Position numbers and translations under genes: made by a program. Under the pieces are notes generated by a model. It was given only the letters and a program-made list of their open reading frames with translations, searched no databases and was not told the DNA's origin. This document shows, piece by piece, positions 12,901-23,136 of a stretch of 64,000 nt of DNA (position 1 is the first letter of the stretch; every line of letters begins with the position of its first letter). Origin of the DNA: Monocercomonoides exilis PA203 (Eukaryota > Protista > Preaxostyla); assembly GCA_001643675.2 (NCBI GenBank), contig LSRY02000025.1:744001-808000 (forward strand), written 5' to 3'.

Positions 12901-14845
12901 GCACACCATTCTGAACATTGATCAGCTCTGTTGTGAATGCTGTTTCTGTTGATTGTCCACTTCCCGTTGAAATGTTCAGTCTGCTCACATACATCTCTCC
13001 TGCTCCAGAAATCTCAAACAGCCTTGACCCACGGTTATTCGGATGAATAAAGTCATGCACAAGAACAAAGTCTCTCACAGTCAATGTGCCTGTCGAGACA
13101 GCAAAAAGAGACAACCCAGCTGCTTCAAATTCTGTCTGCACTGTTGTGCTCAAACCACTCTGGCCATATATTGTGAAAGAGTTTGTGCCACAATCCACAC
13201 TTTTGGTTTCTGTAATCGTTCCTGTGAGTATCTGGACATCCTTCACAACATCCGGGATCAGCTGGGTGAGGCAATGGCTGATGGTGCCACATGGATGAGT
13301 CTCATTAATTCCGCATGCATATGTGTCTTTTGCATTTGGTTTGGTTAACACTGAGGAGACATATCTGATTCTTCCCCCATTGTTCGGAAGCCACTCGCTT
13401 TTGTCACCGTCTGCATAATATCTATTTCCATCTGTTCTTGTTGAATAACACCAAGCAATTTGAGAATTTGTGGGGTTGTCACTAACTAAAATATCATTTC
13501 CTCTAGGAGCACTGTTGTTATGAAAAAAACAAAACCATAAAAGGTTTCCATTATATCTACTTGCATTGATAATCACACCTCCACCATCACGAGCTGAATA
13601 ACATCCTTGTAAAAGGCAATTATGAGAAACAATTTTGTCAATTGGATGCCAATTAAAATAACCTCCCCCTCCTGAACTGTCTATGTTATTACAACAACAA
13701 TTATAGAAAAAGCAATTTAAAATGCAATCTTTTGTTTTCAATGATTTTGAAGTCAAAACGCCAAGTCCTCCACCATCATTTCCTGACCATCCATCTTTAA
13801 ACAAACAATTATCAACAAGGACTTGGACAGACATTTCTTCTATTTCCGCGCCAGCCCCTCCAAGATCTTTGGATGAAACACAGTAACACTCAACAAATGT
13901 GGAATGCTTAACAGTGCATTCCGCAATTTTCAAAGCATATATCCCCCCTCCTCTTGTTGAAGTTGCGTTGCATTTCATAAAGGATGAATTCTCAACTGTC
14001 AGTGTTGCACTCGAATTGCCATAAACATAAAGTGCTCCTCCGCATGAAGCATCGCATTCGATCCATTCAGCGTTTTTGAAGTTCTGTGTCTGGGTGGTTG
14101 TCAGTCTATCAGTGTTTTTCATTCTCGAATCAACCCTTTTATTGTGGAGGAATGTGCAATTGTTGCACAAAAATGAACCAGATCCTTCTGTTCCACTCGC
14201 AATCCCTCCCTCAAGCACATTCATCGATCTTTTAACATCACAATCCTCCATTGAACTCCTCTTCATCAATGTCATTTTTCCAGTTTGCATTGTCTCTGTT
14301 TCACAATATTTATTTGTGATATTCGCAAATTTGCAGTTTTGGATTCCTTCAAAACTTCCTGAACCATCTCTCAAAAAACTGCCTCCATTCTCGCAAAACA
14401 CAACATCCTCAAACTCACTGTTTCTTACAAACAACAAAGACAAATCACCTCCTTCCATCTTCACCACACTCCCCATCATTCCACATTCCTGACCATTATC
14501 AATACCTAAAGTCGTGTTTATCAGCCAGCATGTCCCTCCATTCCTCACATAATTCCCATTCCACTCATTGTTTCTCGCAAACACACTTCCCTCAACCTGC
14601 AGCAATGATCTTGCTCTTATTTCAATCATCACACAATCTTCTGGCTTTTCAAGCAACATCCCCTTCAATTCAACTGATGAGTTGTATATTTCGCAGAACG
14701 TACGAACAACACTTCCCCTCTCCAAAATACCACTCTTCTCCATCCCACGAGCATTGAAAGCATCATATTCATTTCTCAATCTATCATTTCTGTCTTTGCC
14801 ACAAATTGTTGACAACAGGCACACAAGAAAAAGGAAGGGAATCAT
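6998..14845 (-). CDS. Giant type-I membrane receptor-like protein, paralog A (2615 aa): signal peptide, Pmp-like beta-helix modules, TM, TKL-derived pseudokinase
   Basis: Intron-less ORF. Signal MIPFLFLVCLLSTICG; GGA(I/L/M) and FxxN/FxxC repeats; four D-x3-CG-x4-5-PC-x-(T/S)-(I/L) module heads; TM YWLLVVIVLVVMFLIAFIGFILFVI followed by RWR; kinase C-lobe motifs LRWKAPE, SVVFSIGMMLWECLTLQIPF, GERP, ARP. Confidence 0.9.
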   Translation of the reverse strand: MIPFLFLVCLLSTICGKDRNDRLRNEYDAFNARGMEKSGILERGSVVRTFCEIYNSSVELKGMLLEKPEDCVMIEIRARSLLQVEGSVFARNNEWNGNYVRNGGTCWLINTTLGIDNGQECGMMGSVVKMEGGDLSLLFVRNSEFEDVVFCENGGSFLRDGSGSFEGIQNCKFANITNKYCETETMQTGKMTLMKRSSMEDCDVKRSMNVLEGGIASGTEGSGSFLCNNCTFLHNKRVDSRMKNTDRLTTTQTQNFKNAEWIECDASCGGALYVYGNSSATLTVENSSFMKCNATSTRGGGIYALKIAECTVKHSTFVECYCVSSKDLGGAGAEIEEMSVQVLVDNCLFKDGWSGNDGGGLGVLTSKSLKTKDCILNCFFYNCCCNNIDSSGGGGYFNWHPIDKIVSHNCLLQGCYSARDGGGVIINASRYNGNLLWFCFFHNNSAPRGNDILVSDNPTNSQIAWCYSTRTDGNRYYADGDKSEWLPNNGGRIRYVSSVLTKPNAKDTYACGINETHPCGTISHCLTQLIPDVVKDVQILTGTITETKSVDCGTNSFTIYGQSGLSTTVQTEFEAAGLSLFAVSTGTLTVRDFVLVHDFIHPNNRGSRLFEISGAGEMYVSRLNISTGSGQSTETAFTTELINVQNGVLQMDNVNWAKTISTTSLFSLSSTNEISLTLSECAFDGIERTNSEAAVISFSNDKINIKLNSCSFSGCGSTGSENGGSMMLCAGVENEVKVSGGSFNGCFCSASNGLGGGILLRLSTGSPNILISSSFGTNTAKWGNDIFVISPDLEETAKSQKITCVTDSLDSFDKVRGYDNGNTTVAIPLCIYLLPTPEEICVSNTEASDHSHCGIVKFPCLTIKHSLTRQTETKKVAVSGMIMMADELAFANQNHEIRGNDDESGWTVSDSSATSNSAMLTTSVETELSKLIFSLPSSFSSHSTFISSSSSSLTLFQCSLTLQDSSSELVSLFLSIASGILTIDSFSASSITLSGNPLISLTGSITKAELMSNQWLSMTNCTFTEIERTAGSGGCVSIDNSNDENSNGEINIEECVFDGCSVLADGSRGGAMFSQLKGNTQLNIISCTFIGCTAPTGEEKPGFGGGMALKLIDDYSLFAISSPVFGTEKPNVARYGNDLFVESSNLTKSITNASLPFVSENLNDISLDSMRGFDGNDTTNAIPLVYFWIALGSEIFVGGEGKDMGACGFSDCPCLSIDYSLDRLSEGNERNISIVEKAILQKCVDLSGAAIKSDNSLICSLECLASLEGSEKAAMKIQGITNFELICFVIPSSFASGVNYLMDVGSSDALLTVKDCSFTKMEESREEIISYGLIKADGGTVQLELVTMQSLSFSKDVISVLSSTILNIKNLTMKNVDLDGARGLSISKNSRRERNAVEQDVVIEWSVFEEVTQNTTADIPVIRNDNDVEPLKMVIRNTTMKKCGGTRCGKGGAIFALLNEGGHLDCLFCTISECFCSTTGRGGWLFLECTSTAEQPLKFMLSNITFKDNSAFRGRDVYVRCHSIETQIADEQFLLDFRAPFVKDLAIWGCTTDSFVGEVDLLLRVVKYQSETIFVSSAADNHEDSKQCGEFGKPCESLNEGVQHIVPSQYSQLLVSLQTAICAPCSAASVSIRSLESPSSALVHLDTPIQHCPAILATSANVRIECLDFLFSQSFSHTGSAVVCHTDGHLLLSFVQFASSAASSATSPTTSPAAHPVLLNSSLLAIEGGHLTVDNCSVLHLAFALPPFLLSAADRVALANISLQHLQLSASAFEFRQCQSASAHSVAAEHLVFSQGSILCLPATATSTGDIAFSGSSFRNCTSTRSSTSTSTSTSFGSSVLSASSPSAHISLSNFTCSQCGPSSGNDADEPAQQGSVVSVSNAADLSLAMCVFEGAPTGTAASANGNRNRNSADSICSWNASLVHLCNTTAAISDLTVANASDGALSVSGGTVRMDDAKFVGNSPSARSSPSASSYPSARRNIACSDGASLTLASVKGGDGAKDNTSLWILDSGCTLAGIPRHRLSPFFIPTLHSAHEAGNEAEATSEVTIRFQGELLLPCNLSFRLATTIGTEELLHRYEFDAKGLVSEKEAFGEIQGSILREAPAEAEVSVCLLFGNADAPSATEPFILKNASEAKNGDEKLVEGGKEGKSYWLLVVIVLVVMFLIAFIGFILFVIRWRNMKNEAEDLREIVNNNIRKDPKAFEMVTMEMSPEEQWRRAEMEAEKKNEERIKKRAYDTNMQHSESSEHLLSESGSTEYILGRDSDKIPEWVLEKVEEEETRKRTPSPSISSTSTTSTTDSDTTFVRGDDLCPTTSSMSNLVDAMACSSPHEKLIVDLRDSLFMLLHGRNEKKEMEIGSLQQREQTAAQILFWVANGALHSFDEMENPLSSLANLSPHIVLFSEHMVICIVMHSDLLSDDDSDSSSISSSTVVTYASDDDDERDSLPSSAFEEEDSFKKECLRWKAPELLINKKMGAMKESVVFSIGMMLWECLTLQIPFGECEAEVAGQKIANGERPDMAAVRDSSFYELVKLAVSEKPGARPILSDLKREFIQRFPAGAVILTMSDAVTYKEGSQENSEVEQSGSLASSEIIFINSQKHSQLNELRNDQHQS

Positions 14846-14879
14846 TGTTTCAATGACGATTATGGGTTCATGATCCCAT

Positions 14880-15960
14880 ATTTGTGATTATATCCCATTA
14901 TCTTTCCAAATGTCAAAAAATATTATTTCTTGCTCCACTTCCATTTTCTGGCTCAAATTTTCTTCTTTTATTAACATTTTTCATATTCATTTAATTGTAA
15001 ATATTAATTCCGAGAAACTGCCTTCTTCAATTGATTTCTTCTTTTTTCTTCAATATTTTTGAATTTAATCTTTCCCAATAAATTCTGTTTGAATGGACTG
15101 CCTCATCCACTCAGCCACTTTTTCATCTTCCTCAATCTTCATTAAAATGTTGGCTTTTATCTGATATCTTTATATTTTCTTCACTTTATTTCAAAGATTC
15201 CTGAAAATACAAATGGAGGAAAAAAATATCAAAAAATGAAAAGAAATAAATATTTAAATACCAAGATATAAATCTGGCCATTCTAATGCTGTACATGATT
15301 GCTTTTGCTTCATTGAATAATATTGCTTCAACTCTTCATCGTGCCTCCAAATCCTCCTTTTCTGGCGCATCTTTCCATGGAATTTCTTTTTTTCTTTTTT
15401 TCAAAAGAGAAATTGATTTTGATTCACTATCCTCTGTTCTTTCTCTTTTCTGATTTTTCTTCTTTTGTTCCTTCAAATGATCTTGCTTTGCTCTCTTCTA
15501 TTTCTTATCAACTGTTTTTCAGGATTTCTTCTTCTTTGATGCATTCAATATTTTCTGTCAATTTTTGAATTTTGCTGATGATTCAAATTTATTGTTTATT
15601 GTTAAATCAATCTCGATTCAGAGCAATCTCGCAAATATTCCAATGAAATTCTACCTTTTTCAGATATTTTCCTGCTCCTTCAAAAATGCCTCAATTCAGA
15701 CTTTCCTTGCTTTATTGAACATTAACTGTTGCTTTTTGATGAATAAGAGGAGATTTGGAGATTGCTCAATCATAGAAATTGCTCTTTCCATAAAAAAAAA
15801 AATGTTTTTCATATTTCCATTTTCGCTATTGAGTTGTTATGTTATTCACATCTTTGTTCTACCAATGGATTGTTGGAGAGTTTCTGTGATTAATAATCAA
15901 AATAATCCATTTTTTGATAGTTGAACAAAATGTTCCAATAAGCAAATTTCAAAAATTATT
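14880..15960 (-). pseudogene. Degraded K/E-rich gene relic immediately upstream of receptor A
   Basis: The purine-rich minus strand reads as short coding-like pieces (e.g. RYQIKANILMKIEEDEKVAEWMRQSIQTEFIGKD*) interrupted by stops; no family recognised. Confidence 0.3.
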
Positions 15961-17523
15961 TTCACAAAAGAAATACGCAAACCTCCAATTCCTTTGGCAT
16001 TTCTATTATTGAAGCTCTGGGATCTGTTTTTCCTTCAGATTCCGAGTCTGGAGAAACTTTCATTTCTTTTGCATTTTCAGGCCGAATCTCAGTTCTTTGA
16101 GGCAATTGAAATTGACCAAAAAGAAATTCCTCTAAAAACCAATATTTACGCAAAACATGAAAAAATTGCTCAGATATCACTTGAAATGACATTGAATGAA
16201 TCATTTTTCAAAATTATGCCATTCAGTCATTGGTATCAAAAGGTTTTGGTATAAAAGTGGAATTTCTTCAAAAAACAAATTGTTGAACAGGAATGAAAAT
16301 GTATAAAAACAGCTATACTTCATCTACCTTCAAAACAAGTCATTTTCTGTTGGCATCAATAACTGAAGCAAACTGGAAATTCCCATTTCAATTCCACAAA
16401 AAATGTGTGGTAAATGATTTATTATGTTAGCTTATCCTTGATATATGACTTAATGAATTCATAAAACTCCTGAAAACGGAAAAGAAAAAGTGCAGGAATC
16501 TTAATGTTATTATGGGGTGTTGAAGAAAATATGGTACAAAATTTTTTTGCTTTGTGAATGTTGTTCTGCACAGTTATTTCAAGATTTTTATCAACTTTAA
16601 TATATTAATATATTTTATTTTGCAGAGAATGTCAGTTTTATTCATAAAATATTGTTCAAAATGCACGGAACAAGTCATAGAATTTTTCAAAAATGAAAGA
16701 ATTCTGTCACATATGTGGAATTATTTTTTCATTAGTGATAAAAACATAGATTTGTTCCAAACTTTTGCTACCATTTTATCATTATAAGTCTTTCATTCTC
16801 ATGCAAAAAATAATGAAGAAAAATACAAAAATGGAGAAAAATAATAGAAAATATTGAGTGGAACAAAATTCATAAAGCAAATAATTTCGTCCCATATGTG
16901 AAGTGGAAGATAAAAAAATAAAAAAGAATCATGAACATCATCAATTGAAATGAAAAAGAAAAACATGAAATGCAATGCATTCATCAACATGAAATGACAA
17001 GTCGCTCTTATAACAGAACTTGAGCAAGAAGAAAAGAAAGATACGTAAGTTGAACAGTCTTTGCGTTTTTCATTTGAAATGATGAGAATAAAGGATTATT
17101 AAATAAGGCAGTTACAAATATTTAATCATGACAAATCTTTTTAAAATTATATAGCCATTTCTTTCATTTTAATAAGTTTAGTTTGTTCTAATTCTATTCT
17201 TTCAATTGCTTTACCCATTTTTTTTTCTCTTCTCCTTCAAGAGCTTCCTTTATGCTTTCTTTTCCCATATTGTTTCTGTTATTTCCAGCTTTATCGTCAG
17301 TTGTAATTTCACAGCCATCAGTTTCACCTTTGATTTCAGCTTCAATTCAATCCGTTTCTTTATCTTTAGATTTCTCTCTCTCTCTCTTTTTATCTCTCTT
17401 TCTCTGCTCTTTCACAGAAGAGTCCAATCTTCCTTCAGTTGCAGATATCAACTTCTTCAACGATTCCAGCCGAAACCCGTGCAATTGGCTCAATTCATCC
17501 AAAGCAGAACGAACTGACTGCTG

Positions 17524-20159
17524 TTAAGGCTGAATCTGTGCTGCCAATGAGCTCAGATCATCCACAGCTTTTCCACAACAACAACAAGAAGAAGATGATG
17601 ATGATGCAGCTTCTTGCGATCCACTCACTGGAAATTCATTGTCTGTTTTCTCGTTCGTGTCTCTTTCATTATTCTCTCGATGCTTGCTAATTATTTTGCC
17701 AATTGAAGTTATGCCCATCTTCATCTCTTTCACTGCCTCGTCAATGCTGTGTTTCGCAGCTTTCTCCTCCTCGTCATTTTCTTCCATCATTTTCTTCAAA
17801 GTTATTTGAGATTCTTCAACTTCTTTTAATTTGTCGTTTTGTTCGCTTATAACTTTCAGCATTTCGTCAAAATGCCTCTCAGCTTCGCTTTGCATCTCTT
17901 TCCCTCTTTTAACCATCAAATCACTTTGTTCTTTTGAGACACAATTCGAGTTCTGATTATTGAAAATATCAACATACGAGTCAATCGACTGGGGAATCAA
18001 TGTTTCTTTTGCCCACTTCAAAAATGCAACTGCCTTCTGAAAATCTGTTTCCTGCTGAATAACCTTGCGTCTCTTTTCCGCCTGCTCTTCCCAATTCACC
18101 AGTGTCGCTAAGAACTTCTCTCCAATTTCCCTCTTTTTGTTTGCTTCTTCAGAAAGAAGCTCCTCTTTTTGCTTTTTTTCTGTTATCACTTCGAGATATC
18201 TTTTGTGGAGTTTCTCTTTTTCTCTCAGCAACTCATCAGACTCCTGAGCCAGTTTCTTCTTCTCATTCGACAATTTCTCATTTTCCTCTTTCAACATCTT
18301 GTTTTCTTCTATTCCGAGCTTTTTTTCTTTTTCTAATTCTTCTATCTTCTTTTCCATCTTCTCTATGATGCAACACTTTTCGTTGATCTCTTCTTTTTTC
18401 GACTTCTGCTCTTCTTCTAATTTATCTTTCATATTCTTCAGCTTCTCCTTTATATCCTTTTCCCACGCCGCTAGTGCCTTATCTACGGTATCTTCCAAAC
18501 ATTTCAATTTCTGCATTATTTCTTCTTTCCAAACATCAACTTTTTCTGACGAATGTTTCGCATCTTCAACACAGTCTCCCAACGCCTTCAGATCCTCTTC
18601 AGACACAAAGCAGCCTCCGTCGCGCTCGATCTGCTGCTGCAAGTCCTTCTTCAGCCTCTGGATCTCTGCCTGCATCCCTTTGATGATGGATGTTGTTGTC
18701 AGTGACACATTGATTTTCGGCTTGTTTCGTATCGACTTTGTTCGAGTCGCAAAGGCCAGAGTTGAGCGCGAGTGCTCCGCATTGGCTTCTGACAAGTCAA
18801 TCGTTGCTATCATCAGCGTTTTCCCGTTCCCGCCCAATGAGTTCTGCAGCAGTCGAGTCAGATTTGATTCGCGATATGGAATGTACGGGTCGTTATTCTG
18901 CAATGCTGTAATCACCTTGCTGAGTGTGAGCATCGATTGGTTGATTGACCCTGCCTCTTTTTGGTTCTGCCAGTCATATTTCGCTTTTCCAGCGCCTTCA
19001 GAGCCAGCGAGATCAACAAAATTTATTTTGCCTGTAATCACTTCTTCAGAGTCTTTGTCTTTTTTTACAACTACCAAGACATTTATTGTGAAAATGGCAT
19101 GAGAGCGTGAAGAACGGTCGTTGAATACAGTGCCTGCGGTTGATCGTTTCACACAACCTTCTTTGAACCAGAATAAAGCCTCTTCAAGATTATTCACAAC
19201 CTCCCCTCGCAGTCCTTGCACAACAACTTCGCCGCTTAGATTATAAATGATACTGAGCTTTTTGTCTGACTTACCCCTTGGCAATTGTGAAGAGGACCCA
19301 GAAGCAGATGAAGCAGATGAAGAAGATGTCAGCGTTGAAGATTTTGATGTGGGCTTTTGTTCATCAACGAGCAGATCACTTAAAAGTTCATTGTAAATTT
19401 CGACATTTGAAACAGTAATTTGATAGTCAACCACTTCCTTTCCTCCAAACAATGATTGTTCGAATCGTGGAATTTGTACACTTTTCACAGCTTTGGAAAA
19501 AGAATCTGCTATCGCATGCTTTGCCAATGGTTGATGATATTCGTTAATTTGAAGTTCTGTTGAACGCTTCCTTGGACACACTCGCTGCAATATTGTAAAA
19601 ATGTAATGTAATGTTCTTGGAATAAGTCCAATTGCAATTGGATCTAAGCCACCGCTATCTGTATGCTTTCCTTCAATCGTGTATGTTTTTCCGCTTCCCG
19701 TTTGGCCAAATGCAAAAACAGCACAATCATAGCCAGAGAAGCATTCATTAACAATTGGAAGAACCTTCATTAAATTTAATAAATGCAATAAATATATCAA
19801 ACTCATTGCAATGCTCAATAATACGGAAACATACTGCTTTGCTAAATATTATTTCTTGATTTGTACTCGGAGAGAATACTTGATCGAAAGAGTAAGTGAA
19901 TGAAGTTTGCTCTTGTGAATGCTTCGATGATTTTGCCTGAGCAATACATGGAATTGTTACACAATTATCGCCAATGACTAAAAATTCGTGCTCTTCATCT
20001 TGGAGAGGTCTTTCACATAACGGAAAAAAAGATTATTTGTTATAATTCGAATATAATGACAAAAAAAGCATGTACATACCTTGCTCGAACGGCCACTTTC
20101 ACATTATCTTTTAACAAAAGCGCCCTTTGAGAGGCATCATGTTTTTCACTTGATTTCAT
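17524..20159 (-). CDS. N-terminal-motor kinesin, probably kinesin-5/BimC-like; two introns near the 5' end
   Basis: Spliced start MKSSEKHD...DNVKVAVRAR|PLQDEE...YSFDQVF...IFSKA|VLPIVNECFSGYDCAVFAFGQTGSGKT; EIYNE, switch I NDRSSRSH, switch II VDLAGSE, PYIPYRESNLTRLLQNSLGG, STLAFATRTKSIRNKPKIN; coiled-coil stalk. Subfamily is less certain than the family. Confidence 0.9.
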
Positions 20160-20330
20160 GAATAATTATGATTTTTCAAATTTGAAAAAATTATGAAGGG
20201 ATTTCAAATTTCAAAAAATAATGAAAATGCATATTAAATTATTGAGTTTAGTAATATATAACACAAAAATTTTTTGGAATAACCCATATTTATTTTAGTC
20301 GTCTGGAATTAAAAATTGTTTTGTTTGAAA
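20160..20330. promoter_or_regulatory. 171-bp bidirectional promoter between the kinesin and MCM-BP
   Basis: Head-to-head ATGs at 20159 (-) and 20331 (+); contains the perfect palindrome TTTTTCAAATTTGAAAAA at 20172-20189. Confidence 0.55.
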
Positions 20331-22952
20331 ATGTCACAAATTTGGGATTTTTCTCAAATGAGATCTGCACTAGATGAAAGCATTGAAAAAGGAGAACGAT
20401 ATATAGATGAAATTACACTTAATTCAAAACAAGTTATCCTTAATTCATCTTCTCCTGAACATATGGCTGAAAACACAATCGTTCGCTTTAGATGTATGAT
20501 TCAAGACATGCAAACTCCAGACATATACCCAGATAGATATTATGAAGTAGATTCAAGCACTAAAGAAAAATTTTTAAGAAGTGGTCGTTACAGAAATATA
20601 CCTTTGTCATTCTCAGATCCTCAGAAAACACGAGATCCTAGCATTAAGTTTGGAACAGCAAGATCCTTATTTTGCGTCCCTGTTCCTGGAGAAAATTTAT
20701 GGATTTATCAAACATATCAACAACAATCATCTCATAACTCTCAAGATTCTCTTCCTCCGTTCACTGAATCTATACCTGACATGTACGCACCTTGCCAAAG
20801 TAAGACTGAAAAAAAATCTGCGGAGTCATTATTTACATTTCCATCATTTTTTTCTCTATATCCAGAACTTCGTCATCTTGTCTATCCCAATTATCAAGTA
20901 TTTGAAACTTCACTTCCATTTCCTCCAGAAAAACAAAACGGCAGAGAAAATTTATGGCCTCGGTTAACTTCTGCATGTGTTGTTCGGGCGTATGGAGATA
21001 TTGTTGAAAATCTTAGAGTTAACGATATTATTGATGTAGTTGGTATTTATCAATCAATGCCAAATGAATCTAAAGCAAGTGATTTTGTTTCACCATTTTA
21101 CCCTTCAAGAGGATCAAAACTATTTGCAAATGATTTTAAAGATGACAACAGTGAAGAAGAGAGCACAGAAGAGGATGATGAAGAACATTTTGTTGCAGGG
21201 CCAAAGCGAAAGAAGAACAAAAAAATCGAGAAAAATCGCATGCAAAGGTGCAAAGCTGATGAAGCTAATGATGGAAAAGAAAATGATGAATGCAATGAAG
21301 ACGATGAGTTTGTGGAAGATGGAGAAGATGGAGCAATGATGAGCGGGGATGCTGATCCATCTCTTGTTCCTCAAATACATGCACTTCGCATCATCACATG
21401 TTCGGCTCATCCCAAATATACATCAGAGTGGCTCAATATTGATGACGAAATCAATTGTTCTGCAAAACGTGCGAATGAGCTTGTTTCTACCAGAGAAAAT
21501 GATTCGGGAAAAATGGAAAAGGATGACAACGACGAAAATGATGAAACAGATGATTCAGAATTTGAAAAATCACCCAGTCGCCACAAAATTGCTCGTCTAT
21601 CTCATCCATCTGCTTTGCTTTTGGAAAGAGTGTGCCACTCAATGAAATTACTACATAAGCAAATGATCCCATTTATTGCTCAATGCACAGCTGGAGACAT
21701 AAACACTGCCGAGTATGTTTTGGGCACTCTCCTTTCTTCGGTGTTTTCAAGAAAAGAAATGATTCCATTTGGAAAATGCTCGTTGAATATCGTTATCCCA
21801 ACATTTCACCATCCAGAATTGGACCAATTTTTGCAAAGCCAAAAACCTGTTGATCCCACCATAGCTTCAAATACAACCGCTGCTGGTACAAAGCCAGCGT
21901 TGGACTTTTCATTCTCCTCCTTTGTTGCTTCAAAAATTTCATCTTCACTTTCAAGCCTTCTATCATTATTTACACCACTGAGTCATACACAGCATGTGTC
22001 TGCTGATTGGCTTTCGTCTGTTTCATTTTTACCAAAGCAACATCCATCAACAATGAGACTGTATTCGGGCTTTCTTCAGCTTCCAAGTGGATGTGCTATT
22101 TTGTTTGACGAAAGCAAAATTAGAGAAGGTTCATTGACATCAAAGGCTATCGATAATATTCGCGCTATCCAACGAGTAGTTGACGAGCAGCAGGCAGACT
22201 ATCAATTTGGCGCTGGGGTCACTTCATTTAATACAGACTATAGGATCTTCTTTGTTTCTGTGGGCCGTTCATTATTTAAGGCAGCTGATGTTATATGTGT
22301 TCTTGATCCTTCTCAGGACATGCTTTCTGGTCTTGTTAGAGAGTTTATTGCACAGCAGCATCAGACTTCAAAAGCAACAACAGATATTTATCAGTCATCA
22401 TTGCAAACAGATAATTTAGTCAGAGCAATTTCAAGTCAATCAGAAGAGCAACTGCAATCATCGCTTCAATTACCCGCACCAATTAATCGAGAAAGATGGC
22501 TTGTAGATGCACGAGAAGCCATTGAAGTTCTAAGAAGCAGCATATTGAGGATGGACAAGCCAGTTATGGATTATATTGAGAGAAGGCTCGTCGAACTTCG
22601 AACTGAAGAGAATATGTTCCATCAAAATGACTTTTCCCTTTTGCTGGCTCTTTCGCGTGTGGAATGCTTAAGCAGAGGGGAAAGCTGGATGAGCCGAGAA
22701 GGATTTGAAGCGATTGTTGAGCGTGAGAAGATAAGAAGAACAAGATTATTACAATACGAAGCGGCAATTAATGAAATGAAGCAGAAGAAATGGCTTGATG
22801 AAAATGAAGCAGCAGGAATGTCATATGAAGCAATGGAAGAGGAGAAAGAGATGCTTCAAGATGCAATGAAATCCGAAGAATTTGAGGTATACCGAGAAGA
22901 GGAAAGTGAAGATATGGAAGAGGAGGATCAGTTAAAAAGTGATAGCAGTTGA
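20331..22952 (+). CDS. MCMBP: Mini-chromosome maintenance complex-binding protein
   Basis: VRFRCMIQDM, LFCVPVPGENLW, LRVNDIIDVVGI, PSLVPQIHA, GDINTAEYVLGTLLSSV, LYSGFLQLPSG...FDESKIREGSL...NIRAIQRVV.EQQADYQF are characteristic MCM-BP blocks. First ATG is at 20331. Confidence 0.9.
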   Translation: MSQIWDFSQMRSALDESIEKGERYIDEITLNSKQVILNSSSPEHMAENTIVRFRCMIQDMQTPDIYPDRYYEVDSSTKEKFLRSGRYRNIPLSFSDPQKTRDPSIKFGTARSLFCVPVPGENLWIYQTYQQQSSHNSQDSLPPFTESIPDMYAPCQSKTEKKSAESLFTFPSFFSLYPELRHLVYPNYQVFETSLPFPPEKQNGRENLWPRLTSACVVRAYGDIVENLRVNDIIDVVGIYQSMPNESKASDFVSPFYPSRGSKLFANDFKDDNSEEESTEEDDEEHFVAGPKRKKNKKIEKNRMQRCKADEANDGKENDECNEDDEFVEDGEDGAMMSGDADPSLVPQIHALRIITCSAHPKYTSEWLNIDDEINCSAKRANELVSTRENDSGKMEKDDNDENDETDDSEFEKSPSRHKIARLSHPSALLLERVCHSMKLLHKQMIPFIAQCTAGDINTAEYVLGTLLSSVFSRKEMIPFGKCSLNIVIPTFHHPELDQFLQSQKPVDPTIASNTTAAGTKPALDFSFSSFVASKISSSLSSLLSLFTPLSHTQHVSADWLSSVSFLPKQHPSTMRLYSGFLQLPSGCAILFDESKIREGSLTSKAIDNIRAIQRVVDEQQADYQFGAGVTSFNTDYRIFFVSVGRSLFKAADVICVLDPSQDMLSGLVREFIAQQHQTSKATTDIYQSSLQTDNLVRAISSQSEEQLQSSLQLPAPINRERWLVDAREAIEVLRSSILRMDKPVMDYIERRLVELRTEENMFHQNDFSLLLALSRVECLSRGESWMSREGFEAIVEREKIRRTRLLQYEAAINEMKQKKWLDENEAAGMSYEAMEEEKEMLQDAMKSEEFEVYREEESEDMEEEDQLKSDSS

Positions 22953-23136
22953 AAATTTTAATTGAAAAATATCTCACTTCATTTACCCCTGATCACTTCA
23001 TTTTAGACTTTTAGTTAAAAGAAAAAACACTTCAAATCAAAAAACATTAAAATAAATTCACTTCTTTGTTTCAACTTTTTTTTTGATGGAAAGATGAATC
23101 GAAGAAAAACAATGAGAAATAGAGAAATGAAATGCG

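Noticed and set aside
15960-16520. Possible transposase or gene remnant
   Set aside because: Only short frames without recognisable motifs; cannot be supported.
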